Part shown: in pieces, positions 1 through 8,740 of the stretch
How the letters are laid out: the number at the start of each line of letters is the position of its first letter
Numbering within the stretch: the stretch's first letter is position 1
Assembly (NCBI RefSeq): GCF_000014785.1
Contig: NC_008340.1
Span: 1,980,001 to 2,012,000, forward strand
Reading direction: 5' to 3'
Source of the DNA: Alkalilimnicola ehrlichii MLHE-1
GTDB lineage: Bacteria > Pseudomonadota > Gammaproteobacteria > Nitrococcales > Halorhodospiraceae
Length of the DNA: 32,000 nt
Position numbers and translations under genes: made by a program
The notes under the pieces: model-generated
Told to the model about the DNA's origin: nothing
Database searches by the model: none
What the model saw: the letters and a program-made list of their open reading frames with translations, nothing else

Positions 1-417
1 AACTTCAACCGGCTGCGCCGCTACAGCACCGAGCTGACCCTGACCTACCCCGATGCCCCGGCCGGCGACAGCCGCCACACGGTGCGCATCCGGGTGGTCC
101 GGGTACACCCCCATGTGGCCATCCACTACTTCAAGCGTGACCGTGACGCGTACATGTACCTGAACCACGGCCTGGACGACCGGGGCTACCGCTACTACCA
201 CGCGGTGCAGTTCCCGGTGATCGGGATGAAGACCTACATTACCGAGCACGCCATGGACAATGACGGGGAGATCGCACCCCGCGAGCTCCTGGACGAGGAC
301 GCCCGCCGCATCCTGGCGCTGCAGCTTTCCGAGATCGACCGCTACGGCGGCATCGCCGCCTATGCGGCCATGCTGGAGAAACGCGGCTACTTCCCGGCGA
401 CGGGCCCGGGCATCTGA
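1..417 (+). CDS. C-terminal part of a hypothetical protein (5' end outside window)
   Basis: Frame 1 is open from base 1 (NFNRLRRYSTELTLTYPDAPAGDSRHTVRIRVVRVHPHVAIHYFKRD...) to the stop at 415-417. No family confidently recognised. Confidence 0.6.
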   Translation, partial: NFNRLRRYSTELTLTYPDAPAGDSRHTVRIRVVRVHPHVAIHYFKRDRDAYMYLNHGLDDRGYRYYHAVQFPVIGMKTYITEHAMDNDGEIAPRELLDEDARRILALQLSEIDRYGGIAAYAAMLEKRGYFPATGPGI

Positions 418-476
418 CAGGCCGCAATGAGGCGGCCGCAACGCCAGACGGGCAGGGACGACCACAGGGTGAGCCG

Positions 477-1454
477 ATGAAACTGTTCGCACTCAACGCC
501 AGTCGGGATTTCGGTGCCCGCGTGGCCGAGGCCCTGGGATCGCCCCTGGCCGAGCACGAGGAGCGCGAGTTCGAGGACGGTGAGCACAAGGCGCGCCCGC
601 TGACCGGCGTACGCGGCGAGGACGTCTACGTCCTGCAGAGCCTGCACGGCGACCCGGCGCAGGGGGTGAACGAGCGCCTGGCGCGCCTGCTGTTCTTTCT
701 GGCCACCGTGCGCCAGGCCGGCGCGGCCCGGGTCACCGCCGTCATCCCCTACCTCGCCTACGCCCGCAAGGACCGCCAGACCAAGCCGCGCGACCCGGTC
801 ACCACCCGCTACCTGGCGCAGTTGCTCGAGGCCATGGGCATCGACGCGGTGATCACCCTGGAGGTGCACAACCGGGCGGCCTTCCAGAACGCCTTCCGCT
901 GCCAGGCCCATCCGCTGGACACCCGCCGCTTGTTCGCCGCCCACATCCGCGGGCGCTGCGAGAACGACCCGGTGGTGGTCGCCTCCCCCGACCCGGGCGG
1001 CGTCAAGCGCGCGCAGGGCTTTCAGGAGACCCTGGCCGCCCTGCTGGACCGGCCGGTGGGCGCGGCGTTCGTGGAGAAGCGGCGCAGCGAGGGGGTGGTG
1101 AGCGGTGAGGCCCTGGTGGGCGACGTGGCCGGGGCCTCGGTGTGGCTGATGGATGATCTGATCAGCAGCGGCGGTACCCTGGCCCGCGCCGCCGCGGCCT
1201 GCCGGCGTCAGGGCGCAGCGCGGGTGGTCGGGCTGGCCGCCCACGGGCTGTTCACCGGTGACGCCGGGCGGGTGCTCAGTGACTCCGCGCTGGAGCGGAT
1301 CCTCATCACCGACACCGTCCCCCCCGACCGCCTCGACCCCGCGGTGGCGGAGCAACGCCTGGAGATTGTCAGCGCCGCGCCGCTGTTCGCGGAGGCCATC
1401 CGCCGCACCCACAAGGGCGGCTCGCTCACCGAGTTGCTGGAGGGCCCAGGTTAG
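477..1454 (+). CDS. Ribose-phosphate pyrophosphokinase-like protein (divergent Prs paralog)
   Basis: MKLFALNASRDFGARVAEALG...FEDGEHKARPLTGVRGEDVYVLQS...VIPYLAYARKDRQTKPRDPVTT...ASPDPGGVKRA...EKRRSE...LMDDLISSGGTLARAA follows the Prs layout, including the KRR loop and PRPP-type loop. Confidence 0.85.
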   Translation: MKLFALNASRDFGARVAEALGSPLAEHEEREFEDGEHKARPLTGVRGEDVYVLQSLHGDPAQGVNERLARLLFFLATVRQAGAARVTAVIPYLAYARKDRQTKPRDPVTTRYLAQLLEAMGIDAVITLEVHNRAAFQNAFRCQAHPLDTRRLFAAHIRGRCENDPVVVASPDPGGVKRAQGFQETLAALLDRPVGAAFVEKRRSEGVVSGEALVGDVAGASVWLMDDLISSGGTLARAAAACRRQGAARVVGLAAHGLFTGDAGRVLSDSALERILITDTVPPDRLDPAVAEQRLEIVSAAPLFAEAIRRTHKGGSLTELLEGPG

Positions 1455-2487
1455 CCGCGGCCCTTTCAGCCAGGGACAGGTAGTCGGCGGCCAGCGGCAC
1501 CCACCGCTCCGGGCTGCGCGGGTCGGGTTCCAGCAGGTGGGCGAGCGCCAGGCGCGCCCGCAGGCAAGCCCGGTACGCAGTGTAGAAGGCCAGCAGCGGG
1601 GCGCCGGGGTGGTCATCCAGGGCCTCGCCGCACTGGCGGATCAGTCGCGGGCCGATCCAGGGCGCCCCCAGCCGGTCGCACTCCATACCCAGGAAGGCCA
1701 GCTCGTCGAAAGGGTCTACCTGACGGAGGGCAAGGCTGAACTCCAGGCCGTCGATCACTACCGGGGTATCACACAGGCAGACGTGCTCCGGGCGCAGATC
1801 GCCATGCCCCTCCACGATTCGCCCCGCCCGCGCCCTCTCACGCAGGGCCGGCGCCCCCGCCTCCAGCCACCGGTCCAGCGCGTCCAATACCCGCTGGAGG
1901 GCGCCTTTGGGCAGCGCGAAACGCGGGTCGGTGAGCACCGCCCGATTCCTCGCATGCTCGCCAGCGAAACGCTGCAGATACGTCTGCGGCGAGACCGGCT
2001 CCGGTGCCAGGCCTCGGTAGAACCCTGACAGCCGCTCACCAAGCCGGTCGATCCGCTCCCGGTCCACCGCCCCGGCCGCGATGGCGTTATCCAGCATCCG
2101 CTCCGCCGGCAGCCGCCGCATGACCACCAGCCAGTCCACCGTCCGCCCCCCGCCCTGCAACGCCAGCCGCCCATCGGCCGTCACCGTCAGCGCCGAGACA
2201 CCGAGGTAGACATCCGGCGCCAGCCGCCGGTTGAGCCGGACCTCCTCGCGGCAGAGAAACTCCCGACCCCACAAAAAGCGCCCATCACGGCGGGGATACC
2301 GCAACGGTTTCTTCAGCTTGTAGACCCGATCTCCGGCCAGGAACACCCAGGACATATGGGTCTCGCGCACCGTTACCCTGCCCTGGACGTCGGGGTAGGC
2401 ATCGCTGTCGGCGAGAAAGGCCACCTTGTCCCGCAACGGGACCGGACCCGGACCATCGGACGGGCTGTCTATCCATTCCTGTGCCAT
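1426..2487 (-). CDS. Uncharacterised kinase-like protein (COG2187 / aminoglycoside phosphotransferase-like family)
   Basis: ETHMSWVFLAGDRVYKLKKPLRYP...REEVRLNRRLAPDVYLGVSAL...GHGDLRPEHVCLCDTPVVIDGLEF, with a GHGDLRPEHV catalytic-like loop. Start at 2487 (MAQEW) is chosen; the ORF is open to 2544. The C-terminus overlaps the end of the convergent gene by 29 bp. Confidence 0.75.
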   Translation of the reverse strand: MAQEWIDSPSDGPGPVPLRDKVAFLADSDAYPDVQGRVTVRETHMSWVFLAGDRVYKLKKPLRYPRRDGRFLWGREFLCREEVRLNRRLAPDVYLGVSALTVTADGRLALQGGGRTVDWLVVMRRLPAERMLDNAIAAGAVDRERIDRLGERLSGFYRGLAPEPVSPQTYLQRFAGEHARNRAVLTDPRFALPKGALQRVLDALDRWLEAGAPALRERARAGRIVEGHGDLRPEHVCLCDTPVVIDGLEFSLALRQVDPFDELAFLGMECDRLGAPWIGPRLIRQCGEALDDHPGAPLLAFYTAYRACLRARLALAHLLEPDPRSPERWVPLAADYLSLAERAAANLGPPATR

Positions 2488-2618
2488 GGGCGCGCTGTTG
2501 TCTCCGGGTTCAGACGGGCGCACACCGCCGGTGCGGTGCCGCATTGCTGCTAATCTTCATAGTAGGCGTCTACCCGCGGTATGCCCCCCTACCCATGCTG
2601 ACAGCAGCCGGTGATACC

Positions 2619-3284
2619 ATGAACGGCTTTCAGGGATTCAGTGACCGTACCGAGGCCGGCCGGGCCCTGGCCCGGGAGCTGGTGGCCCGTGACTACCCCC
2701 GCCCGGTCGTCTACGCCCTGCCGCGGGGGGGCGTACCGGTGGCCTTCGAGGTGGCCGAGGCGCTGGATGCGCCGCTGGATTTGTTGATGGTCCGCAAGAT
2801 CGGGGTGCCCTGGCAGCCCGAACTGGCCCTGGCGGCCGTCGTCAACGGGGATCGACCGGAGGTCGTCATCAACGAGGATGTGTGGCGCGCCGTGCGCGTG
2901 AGCGAGGAGGCGTTTGAGCGCGCCAAGGCGCAGGAGCTCGAAACCATACGCCAGCGCCGCGCCCTCTACCTCCAGGGCCGCGAGCGCCCCTCCGCGGCCG
3001 GGGCCACCGCCATCGTCATCGACGACGGCATCGCCACCGGCGCCACCATGCGGGTCGCGCTCAAGGCCCTGCGCCGTGCCAGCCCCGAGCGGCTGATCCT
3101 CGCCGTGCCCGTGGCCCCCGCCGATACCGTGGTCCGGTTGCGCGCGGAGGTGGACGAGCTCATCTGCCTGGCCACTCCGACCCCCTTCCAGGCCATCGGC
3201 CTGCACTACCGGGACTTCCACCAGGTGAGTGACGACGAGGTCATCGTCCTGCTCGACCGGCGCCAGGGCGCGGCGGCCCGCTGA
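2619..3284 (+). CDS. Phosphoribosyltransferase family protein
   Basis: VYALPRGGVPVAFEVAEALDAPLDLLMVRKIGVPWQPELALAAV...AIVIDDGIATGATMRVALKAL; PRPP loop VIDDGIATGATM. Start ATG at 2619 preferred over the longer ORF from 2481. Confidence 0.88.
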   Translation: MNGFQGFSDRTEAGRALARELVARDYPRPVVYALPRGGVPVAFEVAEALDAPLDLLMVRKIGVPWQPELALAAVVNGDRPEVVINEDVWRAVRVSEEAFERAKAQELETIRQRRALYLQGRERPSAAGATAIVIDDGIATGATMRVALKALRRASPERLILAVPVAPADTVVRLRAEVDELICLATPTPFQAIGLHYRDFHQVSDDEVIVLLDRRQGAAAR

Positions 3285-3308
3285 CCCGGCCTGGCCACCG
3301 GGCCGTTC

Positions 3309-4436
3309 TCACCGCCAGTGCAGCGCCAGGCGACCGTCCGCGCTCACGGTCACCGAGGTGCCCAGCGCCCGTCCCTCGCGGTCCAGCACCGCGGCCAGCC
3401 ATTCGGCGTCCGCCCGCTTCGCCCGGTGCAGCCGGAAGTTCCGGATCTGCAGCGGTACCAGGGTAAGGGCCCGCAGCCGGCCGTCGGCGAGCGCCAGTGC
3501 TGGGAGGTACATCAGCACCAAGTCGCCGCGGAAGGCCTCATGGCCACCGATCCCCTCGTAGTCATTGAGGAAATCACCACAACCGTAGAGGATCAGGCGG
3601 TCCTTGTAGACCTCGATACCGCGCACATGATGGGAAGAGTGACCCCAGACCAGATCGACCCCGGCCCGATCGATCAGCGCGTGGGCAAACACCCGATGTG
3701 CCCGGGGGATGGCGTAGCCCCAGTTGGAGCCCCAGTGCAGCGAGACCGCCACCACGTCGCCGGGTCGGCGCTCACGGCGGACGGCCTCGGCCAGCAGGGT
3801 CACGGCCTCATCCGAGGGCCGGGGCAACACATTGACGCCCGGCTGCTCCTCGGTGGCCGCCCAGGCCGCCGGCACTCCGCTGCTGGGCATACCCAGCGCG
3901 TACAGCACCAGCCGCCCACCGGGCACCCCAAATACCGTCGGCGCCGCCGCCTCCCGCCGGTCCCGACCGGCCCCGACATAACGGATGCCCGCCCGGTCCA
4001 GTGCCTCCAGCGTCTCCAGCAAACCGGCCCGGCCCCAGTCCAGCACGTGGTTGTTGGCGAGGACGCAACCGTCCACGCCAGCCGCCTGCAGCAGCGGCAC
4101 ATTACCCGGGTGCATGCGGTAATGGATGCCCTTGGGCTCGGGGTCGTCGCAGGTGGTGACCGCCGTCTCCAGGTTGATCAGGCGCGGCGCCGGCGCCCAC
4201 GCCCGCAGCTCCGCCAGGGCATCGCCCCAGACATAGGCGTAATCCACCGGTCTGGGTATCGGCCCGTTTGCCCGCTCCGCGAGCGCCACATACCCCTCGG
4301 CCGAGTCCATCACCGGCTCGTAAATCCGCGGATCCACCGAGTGCGGCAGCACCTGGTCGATGCCACGACCGGTCATCACATCCCCCGCGAGGAAAAGCGT
4401 TGCGCTGTGCTCCACCGGACGACTCCATCGACCCAT
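3309..4436 (-). CDS. CapA family protein (poly-gamma-glutamate biosynthesis-like metallophosphatase fold)
   Basis: LFLAGDVMTGRGIDQVLP...PRLINLETAVTT...GVDGCVLANNHVLDWG...VVAVSLHWGSNW...GVDLVWGHSSHHVRGIEVYKDRLILYGCGDFLNDY. Confidence 0.9.
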   Translation of the reverse strand: MGRWSRPVEHSATLFLAGDVMTGRGIDQVLPHSVDPRIYEPVMDSAEGYVALAERANGPIPRPVDYAYVWGDALAELRAWAPAPRLINLETAVTTCDDPEPKGIHYRMHPGNVPLLQAAGVDGCVLANNHVLDWGRAGLLETLEALDRAGIRYVGAGRDRREAAAPTVFGVPGGRLVLYALGMPSSGVPAAWAATEEQPGVNVLPRPSDEAVTLLAEAVRRERRPGDVVAVSLHWGSNWGYAIPRAHRVFAHALIDRAGVDLVWGHSSHHVRGIEVYKDRLILYGCGDFLNDYEGIGGHEAFRGDLVLMYLPALALADGRLRALTLVPLQIRNFRLHRAKRADAEWLAAVLDREGRALGTSVTVSADGRLALHWR

Positions 4437-4488
4437 GACGTTACTATGGCAGACAGCCTGGGACCGTGGGGACGAGCCGGGCGGGGGC

Positions 4489-5379
4489 TTACAGGTTCAC
4501 CCCCGCATCCTCGATCTCCGGCAACGGGGCGGCCTCGCCCGCCGCCGCCTGGCGCAGCCATACGATCTCACGCGCCCAACCCTCCGGTCCGGCCGGGGTC
4601 TCCAGGAACATGGGCAGGTGGCGGGTGCGCGGGTCGGTAACCGCGCGGCGGAAGGCCTCGGCGCCGATCTCGCCCCGCCCGATCAGGGCATGGCGGTCCT
4701 TGCGCGAGTCGAAGGGCACTTTGGAGTCGTTCAGGTGCAGCGCCACCAGCCGATCCAGGCCGAGGATGCGGTCGAACTCGCTCCAGGTCTTTTCCCAGCC
4801 CGCCTCGGTGTGAATCGGGTAGCCGGCGGCAAAGGCGTGGGCGGTGTCCACGCAAACACCGAAGCGCTCCGGGCTCTCGAGCAGGTCCAGGATCGCGCGC
4901 AGTTCCTCGAAACTGCGACCCAGGGTGGTGCCCTGCCCGGCCACATTCTCTAGCACCAGGCAGACGTCGGTCTTGTCCGGGTGGGCGCGGCAGATCTCGT
5001 TGAGCGCGTGGGCAATCTGCTGGATGCCGGTCTCCACCCCTTTGCCCACGTGGGCCCCGGGGTGGAAGTTCAGCAGTTCCACGCCCAGCTTGTGGCAACG
5101 GAGCAGCTCCTGCTCGAAGGCGTCATAGGTCTTGGCGAACTTCTCCGGATCGGTGGTGCCCAGGTTGAGCAGGTAGGAGGCGTGGCTCATCACCGCGCCG
5201 ATCCCACAGGCCTCGCGGTTGGCCCGGAAGGCGGTGGCCTCCTCGTCACTGATGGGCTTGACCCGCCACTGCCGCTGGTTGCGAGTGAAGATCTGAATGC
5301 AGTCGCAGCCGATCTCCCGGCCCCGCTCGGGGGCGTTCTGCGGGCCACCGGCCGCCGATACATGGGCGCCTAGCTGCAT
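4489..5379 (-). CDS. nfo: Deoxyribonuclease IV / AP endonuclease (endonuclease IV family)
   Basis: MQLGAHVSAAGG...IGCDCIQIFTRNQRQW...SHASYLLNLG...LNFHPGAHVG...CLVLENVAGQG...GVCVDTAHAFAAGY...LHLNDSKVPFDSRKDRHALIGRGEIG...PMFLETP. Start moved from 5493 to the ATG at 5379. Confidence 0.95.
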   Translation of the reverse strand: MQLGAHVSAAGGPQNAPERGREIGCDCIQIFTRNQRQWRVKPISDEEATAFRANREACGIGAVMSHASYLLNLGTTDPEKFAKTYDAFEQELLRCHKLGVELLNFHPGAHVGKGVETGIQQIAHALNEICRAHPDKTDVCLVLENVAGQGTTLGRSFEELRAILDLLESPERFGVCVDTAHAFAAGYPIHTEAGWEKTWSEFDRILGLDRLVALHLNDSKVPFDSRKDRHALIGRGEIGAEAFRRAVTDPRTRHLPMFLETPAGPEGWAREIVWLRQAAAGEAAPLPEIEDAGVNL

Positions 5380-5474
5380 GGTTGAGTCCTCTTCTGCCGG
5401 CTTCGGCCACCATGGCCGAGGAACGAGGCGGTACCTTACCGGGGCACCCGGTTTCAGGGAAGCCCGCCGGCCCC

Positions 5475-6428
5475 TCAGCCGCCGCCGGGCCAAACCTCCG
5501 GAAAGGGGGCCGGGGACGGTTCCGCCTCCTGCAGCTCTCGCTGGTGGGTGTATTCCTGCTGCTTCTGCTCGATATAGGTATCGCGCTCCAGCTCGCGCAA
5601 CTGGTGGGCGTAACGGTCGGTGAGCTCAAACCAGCGCTCCAGGCTGGCCGGCAGGCGCTCCGCCTCGGGCAGCGCCCGGGTCTCCAGGTGAGTCTGCAGG
5701 GCCAGGTAGAACCGCATGACGTTGCGCTCGAACATCCCACGCGCGCCGTCCACGTAGACCGGCTCCCCCGCCTCGTCATGGGACATAACGGTGAAGCCCA
5801 CCTTGTCCCGGCCGGCGGTGGCGAAGTAGACCCGCATGGCCAGGCGGGCGCGCACACCGAACGACAGGGCGTAGCGCAGTCGCAACAGGCTCTGGTCGGC
5901 CCCGTGCGGCACCGCCTCCAGGACCAGGCGGTAATCGCGGGTGCCGTAGGGGCCGCGGTCGCCCTCCAGCACCACCTCCAGCCGCTGCTCGCTGTCCACC
6001 TGCAACCGCATCTGCAGATCCACTGCATTGGCCTCGGCCGGCGGATGGTAGTGGCGACGACCGACGTACAGGCGCAGGGCGGCATCGGCCCCGTCCACGG
6101 GTTGGTGCACACAGGCCTTGACGTTCTGGTGCAGAAAGACGATCTCGCACCAGGCGGCCGGTTCGCTGAGCACCGATTTGAGCTCCGGGAAGGGGAACGG
6201 CACCCGGGCATAGGCGGTGCCCTCAACGGCGTCATGCCGTTGCTCGGAGACCACCTGCAGCGGCTCGTCGAAGGGGGTCTCGGCGATGGCTTGCAGCCAG
6301 GTCGCCGGCTCGTCCCGCGCCATGACCCCGGTTGCCAAGCCCAGTAGAATGATCAGCAATACGCCGGCCGTCCGGCAGGCCCACACGCGGGCCGTTTGCG
6401 GCCCTGAAGCGGTAAGGCGCTCGTGCAT
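5475..6428 (-). CDS. Hypothetical exported protein
   Basis: ATG at 6428 gives MHERLTASGPQTARVWACRTAGVLLIILLGLATGVMARDEPATW..., an N-terminal hydrophobic signal-like segment with an Ala-rich cleavage-like site. No family recognised. Confidence 0.65.
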   Translation of the reverse strand: MHERLTASGPQTARVWACRTAGVLLIILLGLATGVMARDEPATWLQAIAETPFDEPLQVVSEQRHDAVEGTAYARVPFPFPELKSVLSEPAAWCEIVFLHQNVKACVHQPVDGADAALRLYVGRRHYHPPAEANAVDLQMRLQVDSEQRLEVVLEGDRGPYGTRDYRLVLEAVPHGADQSLLRLRYALSFGVRARLAMRVYFATAGRDKVGFTVMSHDEAGEPVYVDGARGMFERNVMRFYLALQTHLETRALPEAERLPASLERWFELTDRYAHQLRELERDTYIEQKQQEYTHQRELQEAEPSPAPFPEVWPGGG

Positions 6429-6521
6429 GGGGTTCACCGTCGGGAATGCCGATTTCCACTTCCAGAGTAGCCGCATTCCGCCGCCGACGCCCGCCACTCC
6501 AGCAACAGGGACACCAGGACC

Positions 6522-7946
6522 ATGAGCAGTGAAGCGATCCGAAAGTACGTGGACGCCCTCTGGGGCGACACCATCACAGAGGCGCTCAGTGAGTTCATCC
6601 GCATCCCGGCCAAATCCCCTCACTTCGACCCGCACTGGGCGGAAAACGGCCACCTGGACGCCGCCGTCGCCCTGGCCGAGGACTGGTGCCACTGCCATGC
6701 GCCCACCGACACCCGCATCGAGGTAGTGCGCCTGCCCGGGCGAACGCCGCTGCTGCTGGTGGACATACCGGGCCAGGCCCCGGGCGGGGTATTGCTCTAC
6801 GGCCACCTGGACAAGCAGCCGGAGATGGCCGGGTGGGATGCCGACAAAGGCCCCTGGACCCCCGTGGTCCAGGACGACCGGCTCTACGGCCGGGGCAGCG
6901 TCGACGACGGCTACGCCCTGTTCAGCTCACTGGCCGCGGTGCTCGCCCTGCGCGACCAGGGCCTGCCCCACGCCCGCTGCACGTTGCTGATCGAGACCTG
7001 CGAGGAGAGTGGCAGCTACGACCTGCCCCACTATCTGGAGGCCCTGGGCGATCGCCTGGGTCAACCGGACCTGGTGGTCTGCCTGGACTCGGGCTGCGGC
7101 AACTACGAACAGCTCTGGTGCACCACCTCACTGCGCGGGGTGGCCGCGGGCACGCTGAGCGTGGAGGTGCTGACCGAAGGGGTACACTCCGGTGACGCCG
7201 GCGGGGTCATCCCCTCCAGTTTCCGGGTGGCGCGCCGATTGCTGGAGCGGCTCGAGGATGCCGGGGACGGGCGCATCCTCCCGGCAGCCTTCAATGCAGA
7301 GATCCCGGCCACCCGGCGCCGGCAGGCGGCCCAGGCCGCCGGGGTATTGAGCGATACCACCTTCCGGCGCTTTCCCCGGGTGCCCGGCCTGCGACCCGAT
7401 GTGGAGGACCCGGCCGAGCTCATCCTGAACCGCACCTGGCGTCCGGCACTGGAGGTGGTCGGTGCCTCGGGCCTGCCCGAGCCGGACGACGCCGGTAACG
7501 TCCTGCGCACCGGCACCGCCCTCAAGCTCTCCCTGCGACTGCCACCCACCGTGGATGCGGAGGCGGCCACCCGCGCCCTTGATGAACTGCTGACCAGCGA
7601 CCCGCCGGCCGGCGCCCGCCTGCACTTCGAACCCAGCCAGGCCTCCAATGGCTGGCATGCGCCGGACTTCGCCCCCTGGCTGGGCGAGGCGCTGGACCGC
7701 GCCTCTCGACGGCATTTCAACGCCCCGGCGGTGCACATGGGCGAAGGCGGCGCCATCCCCTTCATGGGGCTGCTGGCCGAGACCTTCCCGCAGGCGCAAT
7801 TCCTGGTCACCGGTGCGCTGGGCCCCGGGGCCAACGCCCACGGCCCCAACGAATTCCTGCACCTGCCCATGGCCCGCAAGCTCACCGCCTGCGTGGCCGA
7901 GGTGCTGCACGAGCACGCCGTCCAGGGACTCGCCCGGGCCGACTGA
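6522..7946 (+). CDS. M20 family metallopeptidase
   Basis: VLLYGHLDKQPEMAGW...LYGRGSVDDGYALFSSLAAVLAL...LLIETCEESGSYDLPHYL...LDSGCGNYEQLW...EGVHSGDAGGVIPSSFRV...MGEGGAIPFMG...GPGANAHGPNEFLHL; classic M20 metal ligands. Confidence 0.93.
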   Translation: MSSEAIRKYVDALWGDTITEALSEFIRIPAKSPHFDPHWAENGHLDAAVALAEDWCHCHAPTDTRIEVVRLPGRTPLLLVDIPGQAPGGVLLYGHLDKQPEMAGWDADKGPWTPVVQDDRLYGRGSVDDGYALFSSLAAVLALRDQGLPHARCTLLIETCEESGSYDLPHYLEALGDRLGQPDLVVCLDSGCGNYEQLWCTTSLRGVAAGTLSVEVLTEGVHSGDAGGVIPSSFRVARRLLERLEDAGDGRILPAAFNAEIPATRRRQAAQAAGVLSDTTFRRFPRVPGLRPDVEDPAELILNRTWRPALEVVGASGLPEPDDAGNVLRTGTALKLSLRLPPTVDAEAATRALDELLTSDPPAGARLHFEPSQASNGWHAPDFAPWLGEALDRASRRHFNAPAVHMGEGGAIPFMGLLAETFPQAQFLVTGALGPGANAHGPNEFLHLPMARKLTACVAEVLHEHAVQGLARAD

Positions 7947-7971
7947 ACCGTGTTCGGGAACCGCAAGGCCC

Positions 7972-7998
7972 GGGTGCCGGGCACCACGCCCGGCACCC
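7972..7998. terminator. Perfect 11-bp hairpin between convergent genes (putative terminator)
   Basis: GGGTGCCGGGC (7972-7982), loop ACCAC (7983-7987), GCCCGGCACCC (7988-7998), lying between the M20 stop (7946) and the PhoU-like stop (8021). No T-tract on either strand. Confidence 0.5.
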
Positions 7999-8020
7999 AA
8001 CGCTGGGCGTACCGCCCCTG

Positions 8021-8713
8021 TCAGCGCCGGGCCCGTTCCGAGGCCTCCTTCTCCGGATAGAAGTCCAGATCCTCGAGCCGCCCCAGCACCGCGGTGGCGA
8101 TATTGGCCAGGTGCCCGGCCACCCGTTTGTAGTGACGGGCGAGCAGCGAGTAGGCCATGGCCTCGTGGAACTCGATCTCGCCCTCGTCGTGGAAGAGCTC
8201 CGCGATCACCTCGTCGCAGCTCCTGCGGATCTCCCCGGCCTGCGCCAGCGCCTTGCCGGCCGCCGCCTCATCGGAGCGGGCCGTGGCCGCGATCACCCGG
8301 CTGAACATGCCGCGCATCGCCTCGGCCATGCGGTCCAGCGGGGCCTGATACTTGTCCACGTGGAAGCCCTCGGTGTAGAGGCAACCGATCTCGAAGACGT
8401 TCTTGCAATAGTCGCCAATGCGCTCGGCATCCTTCGCCACGCTCATCAACGCCAGGCAGATGGCCACATCGTGGCCGGGGTTCACGGTCAGGTGGCGCAA
8501 TACCTTGCGCCGAATGGAACGCTCCAGCTCATTAATGGACTGGTCGCGGTCGTAGAGCGGCTGGCGCACCTCGTCGGCCGGGGTCTCGCTGTAGAGCACC
8601 TCGTTGGCGCGGGCGAACATCCAGGCGCCGTGTTCCAGCATGCGGGTCAGGTCCTCAAAGGCCCGGTCCAGGGTGTTCTCCGAGGTCAGCGCGCTGTAGA
8701 GCTGTCGAAACAT
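8021..8713 (-). CDS. PhoU-like domain protein
   Basis: MFRQLYSALTSENTLDRAFEDLTRMLEHGAWMFARANEVL...VRQPLYDRDQSINELERSIRRKVLRHLTVNPGHDVAICLALMSVAKDAERIGDYCKNVFEI; directly downstream of a Na/Pi symporter gene. Confidence 0.8.
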   Translation of the reverse strand: MFRQLYSALTSENTLDRAFEDLTRMLEHGAWMFARANEVLYSETPADEVRQPLYDRDQSINELERSIRRKVLRHLTVNPGHDVAICLALMSVAKDAERIGDYCKNVFEIGCLYTEGFHVDKYQAPLDRMAEAMRGMFSRVIAATARSDEAAAGKALAQAGEIRRSCDEVIAELFHDEGEIEFHEAMAYSLLARHYKRVAGHLANIATAVLGRLEDLDFYPEKEASERARR

Positions 8714-8740
8714 GGGGAAAACCTCGCGTCAGGCCGCGCC

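Noticed and set aside
418-476. Short inverted repeat GCCGC...GCGGC between the first ORF and the Prs-like gene
   Set aside because: Only a 5-bp stem in high-GC sequence; expected by chance.
1258-2028. Plus-strand 256-aa ORF spanning the end of the Prs-like gene and the kinase-like gene
   Set aside because: Overlaps two better-supported genes and lacks any motif.
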